64,000 nt of DNA, taken from contig CAWJHW010000004.1 in NCBI GenBank assembly GCA_963842855.1, positions 328,684-392,683 of the forward strand. The letters run 5' to 3'. The position numbers were made by a program, and so were the translations under genes. Source of the stretch: an uncultured Methylomirabilota bacterium. GTDB lineage: Bacteria; Methylomirabilota; Methylomirabilia; Methylomirabilales; 2-02-FULL-66-22. The notes below the pieces were generated by a model. It had not been told where the DNA came from. It ran no database searches and saw nothing but the letters and a program-made list of their open reading frames with translations. Of this stretch, positions 47,977-57,315 are shown one piece after another (position 1 is the first letter of the stretch; every line of letters starts with the position of its first letter).

Positions 47977-48431
47977 GTCCCGCCTCCTTCCATCACGGCC
48001 GTGAGGATCGCGTCCGGTTCCGGCGGCGAGGCCTCCAGGACGATGCGCTCGCTGGCTGATAGCCCTTCCATCGGGAGGAGTCCGATCGGGCCGGGAACCG
48101 TGCTGTCCTGGAATTGGAAGAGGATCAGGAGGAGGGCGACCGTGGCGGCGAAGACCGGCACCAGCCCCCACCCCAGGCGCCACATCTCCGCCTCGGGATG
48201 CGAGCGCCTCCGAGCAGGCAACGCGGCCAGGACCCGGTCCGCGAAATCGACGGGAGGCTCGGGTGCATCCGCCGCCGCCGCAAGCAGGCCTCGGCCCAGT
48301 CGGGCGGCTGCCAGCGCTTGAGCACAGGCCGGGCATCCCGTCAGATGCTCCCGGATACCCGCAGGCATCTCCGTCGCAGAGACCGCTGCCAGCTCGCTGA
48401 TTCTCTTCTCAACCTCTCCGCACGATTTCAT
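47973..48431 (-). CDS. zf-HC2 anti-sigma-factor-like membrane protein (paralog of 27691..28146)
   Basis: HLTGCPAC (H-x3-C-x2-C) and a central TM (WGLVPVFAATVALLLIL). It is collinear with the paralog. Confidence 0.7.
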   Translation of the reverse strand: MKSCGEVEKRISELAAVSATEMPAGIREHLTGCPACAQALAAARLGRGLLAAAADAPEPPVDFADRVLAALPARRRSHPEAEMWRLGWGLVPVFAATVALLLILFQFQDSTVPGPIGLLPMEGLSASERIVLEASPPEPDAILTAVMEGGGT

Positions 48432-48510
48432 CTTGTGCCCTCATCCCTGCGACCAATCCCTCAGCCCTCCGAGATTCCTGCGAGGAGTCAGGCTGGTCGT
48501 TCCAGATGGC

Positions 48511-49083
48511 CTAGTTCACTTTGCCATCCGAGTGGCTGGCGCTCTTCAGCATGGTCAGGGCGTCGGTCACGATGTCCTGCTGGCCGTCATTGGTGTAAAT
48601 CGTGAAGGGCACCAACAAGACCCCCACCGGAAGGATGCCTTGCGTCATGTGCTTGTAGTCGCCCGGTTTGGGCGCCGGATCGGTCACGGAGAAGTAATAC
48701 CCAACTCCCGCCGTGCCTTCGAACTCCAGGATCTCGATCGTCTTCTCGGCGGCCAGCAACCTGACCTGCTCTGCCGCCCGCTGCACTAACCGCTGTAACG
48801 CTTCGCGATCCGGATTGGGGGCGTCTTTCTCGGTCGGCCAGAGCGGCGTCAAGACGACGCCAAACGGCGCCCCGGATTTCGACGTGAAGACGATCGTCTG
48901 GAAGAGCCGATCGCGGTCCTGCTCGAGTTCCTCCTTCCACAACGTGGGCACTTGCAACTGCAGACGTCCGTGATCCGTGAGCGCATACTGCCGGTCGGCC
49001 GTGTCCGCGGCATGCACTGGGGTCCCAGCCATACAGATCAGGACGAACAGGATGGCGCCAAGCAAGCGGTAGGACTTGATCAC
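48511..49083 (-). CDS. secreted protein of unknown function (190 aa)
   Basis: GTG start after AAGGAGGG. The signal peptide is LLGAILFVLICMAGTPVHA. No domain recognised. Confidence 0.55.
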   Translation of the reverse strand: MIKSYRLLGAILFVLICMAGTPVHAADTADRQYALTDHGRLQLQVPTLWKEELEQDRDRLFQTIVFTSKSGAPFGVVLTPLWPTEKDAPNPDREALQRLVQRAAEQVRLLAAEKTIEILEFEGTAGVGYYFSVTDPAPKPGDYKHMTQGILPVGVLLVPFTIYTNDGQQDIVTDALTMLKSASHSDGKVN

Positions 49084-49124
49084 GAAGGGCCCTCCTTAGG
49101 TGACCTGCGCTCTGCTGGAAAACA

Positions 49125-49651
49125 CTAAGGCCCGGGCGGCGGCCCGGGGGGTGCCGGGAAGTAGCCAGGTGGGGGGGCGGCGGAGGGGGCACGGCCAGAG
49201 GTTGCCGAGGCCCCCGCACCACCCCGGGGACCTGGTTCCCCTTCGCGTACATGCACTGCTGGTACGCCATGTCGTACCGGCGCTGCGCATGCCATCCGGC
49301 CGCCTGATCGGCATTGGCGCCCGCCGCCGCCCCCGTGAGGAGGCCGGCGCCGGCGCCGATCGCCGCCCCGGTGCCCGCATGGCCGGCCAAGGCCCCGAGC
49401 CCTGCCCCGAGCCCCGCGCCAACGGCGGTGCCCACCGCCGCGCCGACCGCCGTATTCTGGGCCGCGGGCGCGCCTGGCGGCCCCACCTGCTGGGCCGCCC
49501 ACTGGCGGCAGGTGGCATCCTCGGCCTGGAATTGCTCAAAGGGTTTCCCCGGGGCGGGGAGCACCATCACGCTCGGGCCGGTCGGCAGCGTCGCACAGCC
49601 GCCCAGCGCCACCGCCGCGCTCCCGAGGAGCAGGACCCATCGTCTCTGCAT
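49125..49651 (-). pseudogene. glycine-zipper lipoprotein, frameshifted in a C7 run
   Basis: AAGGAG SD. MQRRWVLLLGSAAVALGGC carries a lipobox and is followed by the Gly-zipper AVGAAVGTAVGAGLGAGLGALAG. RRYDMAYQQCMYAKGNQVPG is the family C-terminal block. The expected tail PPPGYFPAPPGPPPGP-TAG (stop 49125) is in another frame (track ORF 49125..49502). Confidence 0.6.
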
Positions 49652-49667
49652 CGCGCCATCTCCTTTC

Positions 49668-50024
49668 CTATCTCGGCGGGGTTGCCGGCGGCACGACCTG
49701 CATCCAGCCGTTCGGACACTGTTGGACGTACGGATAGTACCCCTGCGGGTTCTGACAGTAGTACCAGTAGGCCGGCGCCTGGGGGGCCGGGGCGGGCTGC
49801 TCATAGACCGGAGGCGGTTGGACGACCACGGGGGGGGCCGGATACGGGTAGTAATAGGGAGACCCCCACCACGGGCTCGGTCCCCAGTAGCCTGGTCCCA
49901 CCCCGAGAGGGACGTCGAAGTTGAAAAAGACGTGCCCCCCCGCCTCGCTGGGGATCGGACTGGCCAGCAAGAGGACCAGGAGAACCAGGACCATCAGCAC
50001 ACTGCAGCCAATCGCTCTCCTCAT
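49668..50024 (-). CDS. small secreted Pro/Tyr/Trp-rich protein
   Basis: MRRAIGCSVLMVLVLLVLLLASP is a signal peptide. The C-terminus is YWYYCQNPQGYYPYVQQCPNGWMQV. It is the first gene downstream of the repeated leader copy 2. Confidence 0.55.
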   Translation of the reverse strand: MRRAIGCSVLMVLVLLVLLLASPIPSEAGGHVFFNFDVPLGVGPGYWGPSPWWGSPYYYPYPAPPVVVQPPPVYEQPAPAPQAPAYWYYCQNPQGYYPYVQQCPNGWMQVVPPATPPR

Positions 50025-50322
50025 TTCAGCACCCCCCTGAACCTCCTGGACTTGGATCCCTCACGCAACTGCCCAGCCTAACGGATACAAGTGGTTACAC
50101 TCCAGCATACCTAGAGCCAATTCCTGCTACAGACGCAAGCCCACTTTCAACACAGGTTACGGCCCAGGGACCCGAAATGTTTCATGGTGGTCCCGAAGCT
50201 CTGTCCTCCGTCCCATCGAAAATATTGAGAGTGGTTCGCAAGAATCCGCCTCATCCTGCCTCACGCCCTGAAATTTCACTGAGAAGCACGATTGACCGAC
50301 CTCGGATCGAGTCGTTGCGGAC
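50004..50322 (-). repeat. copy 2 of ~320 nt repeated leader
   Basis: See 12407..12726. Here it precedes an intact ORF that starts with the shared MRRAIGC codons. Confidence 0.85.
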
Positions 50323-50685
50323 CACCCGGGCGCGAGAATCCATGCTGCCAATCGGACAGTTCTGTCACACTCGGCTCGGGCTTGGGGCACAAAGAGGGAC
50401 GCCGACCTTCTCTTCCATCCTGCCGGGCGGAATATACACCCGCAACGGTCCCGTTTCAGTCGTCGCAGTGCTTTAGGTACGATCATGGTGATTCCGCATG
50501 AAAATCGCTTCGCATGCCGTCGGCATCAATCGGCACCAGCCTCGGAGTCTCCCGCCTCAACATGTGTGAGGACGCCATTCTTCGCCTGAAACGAAACCGG
50601 CAGGGGTTGCGTACTATAGAAAGGAATCGACTGAGCGGCATGGGGTCGCCGGGGGGTTTACCCTCGACAAAGAAAGGACCAGGAC

Positions 50686-51219
50686 ATGGTGACAAAGAAC
50701 GGACTACGGCATTTCGGATGGTGGGCAGCGGGCGCGCTGCTCATTCTCGGGATTGTGCTGGGCGCGCCTACGGGGGCCGGGGCCCAGCAGCCACCCACAC
50801 CCACACTTAAACAGCACTACTGGAACGAGATCCAGCAGAAACTCGGCCTGACCGCCGATCAGGTGACCACCCTCCAGAACCTTCTTGAGGCGAATCGGAC
50901 CACGATGCGCAACGACTTCCAGGTCGTGCAGACTGCCCACCAACAGATGCGAGTGGCCTGGAGCCATGCGAACGCCGGGGAGATCGCGAGCGCCGGCGCC
51001 GCGCTGCAGGCGGCCCGTGACAAGCTCTCCAATGATCGCTTGCAGGGGCAGTTGCACATCCTCAACGCGCTTGGACCGGATGTGTGGAAGCAGTGGACGG
51101 CGCTGCACAAGCACCACCGACGCGGGGGCCGCGAGTTCGGGAAGCACCACCGACGCGGGGGTTGCGAGTTCGGGAAGCACCAGCGACGCTGGGGCCGCGA
51201 GTTCGGGATGGGGATGTAA
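50686..51219 (+). CDS. periplasmic Spy/CpxP-like (LTXXQ-motif) protein with His/Arg-rich repeat tail
   Basis: Signal peptide, LGLTADQVTTLQNLL (LTxxQ), helical repeats, and three C-terminal 11-aa repeats KHHRRGGREFG. Confidence 0.6.
   Translation: MVTKNGLRHFGWWAAGALLILGIVLGAPTGAGAQQPPTPTLKQHYWNEIQQKLGLTADQVTTLQNLLEANRTTMRNDFQVVQTAHQQMRVAWSHANAGEIASAGAALQAARDKLSNDRLQGQLHILNALGPDVWKQWTALHKHHRRGGREFGKHHRRGGCEFGKHQRRWGREFGMGM
51109..51207 (+). repeat. 3 x 33 nt in-frame tandem repeat
   Basis: The units are 51109-51141, 51142-51174 and 51175-51207. They encode KHHRRGGREFG / KHHRRGGCEFG / KHQRRWGREFG. Confidence 0.85.
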
Positions 51220-51393
51220 CCGGCCCTCTGGAGGGGCGCACGCCGTGAGGAGAGACCCCCTGGGCTGCCAGCCACCGCGCAGGCGACCGGCCGGCCGCCC
51301 AGGGGGACACTGCGGTTTGTTCTTGCGGACCACGGGGTTTGGCCGGTGGCCGGGCAATCGGGGCTCGTGGGCGGTGTGGAGGGGAGAGCTGCC

Positions 51394-51473
51394 AGTACGT
51401 GCTCGCCTATGTGCGGATCGCCCTGCGAGCCCTCCGCGGAAGTAAGCTGCGCTCCGCCCTGACGATGCAATGA
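51394..51473 (+). pseudogene. 5' fragment of a MacB-type permease gene
   Basis: YVRIALRALRGSKLRSALTMQ-stop matches the N-terminus SVRIALRALRVNKLRSALTMLG of 45989..47530 at both nucleotide and protein level. Only about 22 codons remain. Confidence 0.6.
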
Positions 51474-51536
51474 AAGCTTCGGCAAGCGGACGAGCAAGCC
51501 GCGGAGATCTCGACGCTCCTGCAGGAGTGACGGACT

Positions 51537-51737
51537 GTGATCCGGGCGGACCTCCAGGCGCTCGTTGCGGGCCGACGTCAGTTGCGTCGACTCGTGGAAC
51601 AGCCGGGCTCAGGCCGGGCGGCAATCCGGGCGGGAGCGACACAAGTGAAGAATATTCGAGGGACGCTCCGCGACCAGCGGCTAGCGACCCAACTTGCCGT
51701 TCGGTCCATGCTCACGCCTGGCCGGTGGACCCGGTGA
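51537..51737 (+). pseudogene. fragment of a Spy/CpxP-like gene
   Basis: ADLQALVAGRRQLRRLVEQ...IRAGATQVKNIRGTLRDQRLATQLAVRSMLTPGRW parallels ADIQNLIAARRQLRGLLEQ...IQAVATQVKALQAKLFDDRLQTQLTLRTKFTLEQW of 55693..56229. The signal peptide and LTxxQ part are missing. Confidence 0.5.
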
Positions 51738-51863
51738 TTGAAGCTTCGGACAGCCAGGACGCTTTGCTGGATAAGGGGTGGCCGTGGTCCCGTCGCGGCC
51801 GGGAGTCCCCTCGGGATCACCGAGCACATTTTCTTATCACCCAATGACCGCAAGGAGGGCTTG

Positions 51864-52391
51864 ATGGAGATCTGTGGAGCGAGAGCGGACCGGTGGATCG
51901 GAGCCGTCGCGCTGGCGCTTGGTGTGCTGGCTGGCGTGAGCAGCGACACCACCGCCGCGTGGGCCCAGGAACGCCGCGAAGAGCGATTCGAGCGTCGGGA
52001 GGAACGCCGCTGGCGGTTCGTACCGCGCCTCGGCTGGCGCTTCGAGGTGCGCCCCGGGGTGTGGTCCCCCTACCACGTCTGGTGGTGGGTCGACAATCGC
52101 ATGGTCCTTCTCCCAGGGCCGACCGTGACGATCGTCCAGTACCCGACCGGATACTACCAACTGTACGGCAACGGCATCACAGTCCCATACTACTGGGTCT
52201 GGGTCCCGGCCATGAGCCCGCCGCCACCCCCAGCGCCGCCGTCGCCCATCGCAGCCCCAGCACCACCCGCACCGGCGCCTCCACCACCGCCGGTAGCCAC
52301 ACCACCCGCACCGGCACTCCCACCACCGCCGACCGCGGCCCCGGCGTCGCCTGCGCCTCCGGCACCGCCCGCGCCGCCGCAGCCGAGGTGA
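51864..52391 (+). CDS. secreted Trp/Tyr-rich protein with long Pro/Ala tail
   Basis: AAGGAGGG SD. The signal peptide is WIGAVALALGVLAGVSS. An ERREERFERREERRW repeat is followed by WWWVDNRMV...YYWVWVP and about 60 aa of PA-rich low complexity. Confidence 0.5.
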   Translation: MEICGARADRWIGAVALALGVLAGVSSDTTAAWAQERREERFERREERRWRFVPRLGWRFEVRPGVWSPYHVWWWVDNRMVLLPGPTVTIVQYPTGYYQLYGNGITVPYYWVWVPAMSPPPPPAPPSPIAAPAPPAPAPPPPPVATPPAPALPPPPTAAPASPAPPAPPAPPQPR

Positions 52392-52553
52392 GTGAGACCG
52401 TCGGGCGCACGTCGACCGCGATGCGGCCCGCTGGTCTACTCTAGAATGGAAGCCATGTGAGCAAAGTATTTATTGACTCTTGCGAGACGTATGTAACAGT
52501 GACCCTTGTCGAAGGAGCCAGGGATCAGCCGATTCGCGCATGGCCATTGTGCA

Positions 52554-52804
52554 TTACCTACTCAAACTTCGATAGTTCCCGATGACATTGCGGAGTGGAG
52601 CCTTCAGGTAGTCCGTGGCCCCCATAACCCAAGTGTCAGCGGATCCGGCAGCCCTAGGTCGAGCAGGATAACGTCAGGGCGGTCTACGGCCTCATCGAGG
52701 GCCGACCGCGCATCGGGCGCGAGGATCGGGACGTGTCCGGCCTTTCGCAGGGTTCGCGCCATCTGCCCGGCCACCAATTCATCATCTTCCACGATTATTG
52801 ACAA
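52554..52804 (-). pseudogene. response-regulator gene (paralog of 29191..29832), IS-disrupted and internally deleted
   Basis: IIVEDDELVAGQMARTLRKAGHVPILA...DVILLDLGLPD aligns with the paralog. After LPD the frame breaks, and GATDYLKAPL (the receiver alpha4-beta5 motif) appears in another frame, implying an internal deletion. The first 4 codons lie at 53891-53902, beyond the IS. Confidence 0.7.
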
Positions 52805-53891
52805 TTGCGTAAATAATGGGACGATGGTACTCTACGATGCATGAGACCAAACGGCAGCCCCGCGGATCTGGAAGCGCGGCGCCGCCGGGCCGTCGGCCTC
52901 CTCGACAAGGGGCTCGGGGTGCGCGAAGTCGCCCGGCAGATTGGCTGCTCGCCCGCCTCGGTGAGCCGCTGGCAGGGCGAGGTGCGGAGCCGCGGCCCCG
53001 ATGCATTGCGGCCGAAGCCGGCCCCCGGGCGCCCGCCCCGGATCAGCGCCCGGCAGCGCGCCAAGCTGCTGCAGCTGCTGCTCAAAGGGGCCACCGCCCA
53101 CGGGTTCACCACCGACCTCTGGACCTTGCCGCGGGTCGCCATGGTCATTGCGCGGACCTTCGGGGTCACCTACCACCCCGCCCACGTGTGGAAGATCCTC
53201 CGCGGCGAGGGCTGGAGCTGCCAGAAACCCGAACGCCGGGCGAACGAGCGGGACGAGGCCGCCATCCAGCGGTGGCGCACCGCGCGCTACCCGCATATAA
53301 AAAAACGCCCGCCGCGCCGGTAGAGCGCTCGTCTTCGTGGACGAGAGCGGCTTCATGCTCCAGCCAGTGGTCCGCCGCACCTGGGCGCCCCGCGGCCGGA
53401 CGCCCCTCCTGCGACAGTGGGACCGTCGCGACCGCCTCTCGGCGATCAGCGCCCTCACCGTGGCGCCCCGGCGCCGCCGGTTCGGCCTCTACTGGGCCCT
53501 GCATCGTGCCAACATCCGAACCGCGGAAGTCCTCCGCTTCCTCCGGGCCCTCACCCGCCATCTCCCGCAGGGCTTCACCCTCATCTGGGATCGGGGACGG
53601 CCCCACCGGGCGGTCAGGGTACGGGATTGGCTCGCCGCTCGGGCCCCGCGCATCGTCGTGGAGTGGCTCCCGGCCTATGCCCCGGACTGCAACCCGGCCG
53701 AGCATGTCTGGGGCCACACCAAGTACGGGGACCTCGCGAACTTCGCGCCGACCGATCTCGACCAGCTGGAAGGCGCGGTGCTCACGTCCCTTACCCAGAC
53801 GCGCGGGCAGCGGGCGCTCCTCGCGGCCTTCTTCCGAGCGGCCGGCTTACGGATCTGAGGTGTATCATTACTTACGCAAGGATCAATAATA
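52794..53891 (+). mobile_element. IS630-family insertion sequence
   Basis: The 25 bp imperfect terminal inverted repeats match at 21/25: ATTATTGACAATTGCGTAAATAATG (left) and the reverse complement of CATTACTTACGCAAGGATCAATAAT (right). TA flanks at 52796-97 and 53888-89 are consistent with IS630 TA target duplication. The element encodes an HTH + DDE_3 transposase. Confidence 0.85.
52841..53858 (+). CDS. IS630-family transposase in two frames (orfA 52841..53323, orfB to 53858) joined at an A7 run
   Basis: orfA has an HTH (GLGVREVARQIGCSPASVSRW) and a second winged helix. orfB reads ALVFVDESGFMLQP...TWAPRG (first D), then IWDRGRPH (second D), then LPAYAPDCNPAEHVW (E). The frames differ by +1 at AAAAAAA 53299-53305. 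Confidence 0.85.
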
Positions 53892-54177
53892 TCGCGGCCA
53901 TGGCTTACCTCCACAGGCTCCCGGGTCGGAGCGCCAGATACCCGGGATGGCACCGACTATTTCCCAGAAGGACCAACTTCTCGATGTATCTTTCCTCAGA
54001 CTCCGACATTCGCCCGAAACGAGTCCGCTCAATCATCCCCATGTTGGGTTCTGTGGCCGAGGAAAAGTTTCTACGCACGGACGGCGAGTTGCCCGTGGAA
54101 TACAGTGGATGCCATCTCTCCACTTTCCGGCCTCGTTCCGGACGGCCGAAGGGTTCACCCATGAACCTCCGAGCCGC

Positions 54178-55369
54178 CTACTGGCGGTAGCCCGTTCTAT
54201 CGCCGCGTCGGACGGCACCCAGAGGGGCAACGGAGCGCTGGGTGAGGAGGTCTTGGGGAAGGAACGGCCGCTCGGGGAGGACGAACTCCACGTCCTGGGT
54301 CTCACCCTCGCGAAAGAGCGTCAGGTGGACGGTGTCCCCGACCTTCAAGCGTCGCATCGCCCTCATGAGCCGCTCCGGGGTGTCCACCGGTCTGTCCGTT
54401 GACTCGGGTGATGATGTCGCCGCCGAGGAGGAGCGCATCTCCGCCGATGACGACATCGAGGCGGCCACCGCGAACCCCCGCATGCTCTGCCGGGCTCCCA
54501 GGTTCCACGACCTCCACGAGGAGCCCATCCGTCAGGGGCATGCGCAGGAACTCTTTCAGCGCAGGGGCGACGAGATGTCCTTGGACACCAAGCCAGGGGC
54601 GGATGGTCCGTCCCTTGTCAAGCAGCGAGGGGAGGACAGTCTTCACCAAGTCGATGGGGATGGCAAAGCCGATATTCTGCGCATCGGGGAGGATGGCCGT
54701 GGTGATGCCAATGACCTCGCCGCAGCGGTTCAGGAGGGGACCGCCCGAGTTGCCGGGGTTGATCGGCGCGTCTGTCTGGATCAGCGGCTCCATGAACGAG
54801 GATGGAGTGTCAGGCAAGATCCGGTTGATGGCCGAGACGACTCCCCGCGTCAGCGTCTGGTCGAGCCCGAGGGGGTTGCCGATCGCCAAAACTTCCTCGC
54901 CGACCCGAAGCTGCGCCGAACTCCCCGGCACCGCGACCGGTAGCGTTCCTGTGGACGGGGGAGAGATTCGGAGGACGGCGACGTCGAAGATGGGATCGCT
55001 CCCGACCACTTTCCCCGGGACCGTTGTCCCGTCGTCGAGCGTGACCATGATCGCCTGGCGGCTGAAGACGACGTGGGAGTTGGTCAGGATGAGGCCGGTC
55101 GCGTCCATGATCACGCCCGATCCGACCGCTCGGCTCACGCGGTCGGTGATCTGGTATGGGTTGATCGCCATGGAGGAAATCGAAACCACAGCCGGGGAGA
55201 CTCGGTCGTAGATCTCGGGGATGGGGTCGGCGCACGACCCTCCGTCCGATCGTGCTTGGCTCTGGGCGCTGGAAACGGCGGCACAAGCGACCAGGGAAAC
55301 AAGGACAAGGAAAAGGGCGAGGTGGCCGAAGCCCGTCGGGAAGCCGGCGTACTGTCGTTGGGTGCGCAT
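54178..55369 (-). pseudogene. htrA: HtrA/DegP-family (S1C) serine protease with one PDZ domain, one frameshift
   Basis: The signal anchor is followed by TNSHVV (His), DVAVLRI (Asp) and GNSGGPL (Ser). The PDZ domain begins in the main frame (GSPAEHAGVRGG...GDIITRVNGQ) and continues in track ORF 54178..54528 (PVDTPERLMRAMRRLKVGDTVHLTLFREGE...). The frame switches near 54386-54395. Confidence 0.8.
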
Positions 55370-55692
55370 GGGCTTTCTCCTGGTGATTTGGTTTCACGTA
55401 TGTGGGTGGCGACGTGCGCCCCGGGGTCTGCATAGACTCCGTCTGGCCCCGCCCTGTCCCCGCTGCGATAAGGATACAGCGGCACGCCAATGCGTGCAAC
55501 GCTTGGAGCACCTGGGGCACCACGGTACCCGAGGGCCGGCATCCTCCGCTGCCTGAGAGGCCCTCGTCAGAGATCTTGGGAGTAGCAGAAGGGGTACCCC
55601 GACCCTGCCCGGCGGACGATCCGGGGAGGCGCTCGGGATCGGGGCGCGGACGGTTCCCCTGCCCTAGACAGCGGCGCAGGACGCTGGGACCT

Positions 55693-56229
55693 CTAGAGTG
55701 CGCCCGGCCCGGACGCACGGCCTCTCTGCATCCAGCGGCGCCCCATGCCCCTCCGGAGGGAAAGCCACCCCTGCCATTGTTCCAGAGTGAACTTGGTGCG
55801 GAGGGTGAGCTGAGTCTGCAGGCGATCGTCGAACAGCTTGGCCTGCAGCGCCTTCACCTGTGTCGCCACCGCCTGGATGGCCGCCGGGTCGGTCGTCTGC
55901 TGCTCCAACAGCCCCCGGAGCTGCCGGCGGGCGGCGATCAGGTTCTGGATATCCGCCTGCGCTGCCATGCGCTGCGTTTGGAGCAGGGCTTGGATGTCCG
56001 TCCGCTCCTGATCAGTCAAACTCAGGCGTTCCTGTACCCGATGCCAGAAGATCTGCGCCATGGCGGCATGGTCCTCGGGCGTGAGGAGGCGCTCCTTTTG
56101 GGGCGGGGGCCCCGGGGGGGCCGCCGGCTGCCGGGCTAGCGCCGTTCCGGCCCCGCTCGAAGCCAGCCCGAGGAGCAGTGCTCCCGCTATGAGCCACCCG
56201 GAGTATCCAGTCCGTCCATTCGTTCGCAT
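55693..56229 (-). CDS. periplasmic Spy/CpxP-like (LTXXQ-motif) protein
   Basis: Signal peptide, LSLTDQERTDIQALL (LTxxQ), helical Gln-rich repeats. AAAGGAGGA SD. Confidence 0.65.
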   Translation of the reverse strand: MRTNGRTGYSGWLIAGALLLGLASSGAGTALARQPAAPPGPPPQKERLLTPEDHAAMAQIFWHRVQERLSLTDQERTDIQALLQTQRMAAQADIQNLIAARRQLRGLLEQQTTDPAAIQAVATQVKALQAKLFDDRLQTQLTLRTKFTLEQWQGWLSLRRGMGRRWMQRGRASGPGAL

Positions 56230-57315
56230 GCGGTCCTCCTTTGCCCGAAGATTGCATCAATTGCGACCGCGCGGCCGCATCATTCCATACATCTGTTATA
56301 TTACGCTTCTCTTGTTCCTTTTGTTTCACCTGGGAGGTCACATGCGCCCGGGGGGTGCCCGAGGAACGGATGGTCTTGAGCAATTTTCTGGAGGCAACAT
56401 GGTGGGAACAAGCCGCGGACCAATGGGACTCCCGGGCGACGTGCCGACCTCGACGAGCCGCTTGGAGTCTCGACCGGTGTTGGCGAAGCATGCCTTCGAA
56501 TACCCCCTGGTAAGCCCCGCTGCAAGAGGGAGGTCACCCGGGCGCGCTGTGACGGCGGAGCCGACTGTACCCCTCGACGCAGCACGCAGTGAGGATCGCG
56601 CGCTCGGGGGGAGTCGGGCAGCGGGAATCCGCCCAGCGTTCCACCAGGAACGTGGGAGAGTCCGGTGCCCCACAAAAGTATGGATACGATGAAGCGGGTG
56701 GATTATAATAAGCGTTTGAGAAAAATGCGGGGGGCCTTTCATGTGGCACGTCACGAGCGCTTCGATTATTTGGGGAACCCCGGAGGTGTTCGAAGGAGGC
56801 GTCCGCCAAAGGGTGGTGCCCGCGGGAGTTGCATGGCTCCGCTCCCTGCCTCGGAAATCTCAGGGGCGCCCACACTGCAACCCTTCGCAGGGGTCATTGG
56901 GGGTTCCGTGAAGGATGCATGGTATTTCTTCGGAGCAAAGGTAACCCCCTGCTGTAAGTCTTCATGAAACTTCCTCCTCTCGCTTTCCGTATAGGGGAAG
57001 AGGGCCCCGGATGCAGGGAGACGGCAAGTATTGGCCGGATTGGGGATGCTCGGTCCGAGGGTTGCCTCTCAGAGCAGAAGACTGCAACCATAGCGTCGAG
57101 CCTACGAGTGCTCCCGACCACAGCATCGGCCAGAATGTCCTGGAGTTCGTGTGCATCGCCGCACTCTGCGGCGATCGGGCACGCCTGGTGAGGCGGGTGA
57201 GGCATCACGTGCCAGACGTCCCCTTTGCCGGCCATGGTCGCATAATGAACCATGGGCGGGTCGCAGCGATTGGGATGTAGGCGGATCATGCGGCTGATGT
57301 GTTTTTCGTGAGGCC

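Noticed and set aside
51109-51207. CRISPR-like array
   Set aside because: The three units are directly abutting with no spacers, they are in frame, and they lie inside a coding sequence. No cas genes are present.
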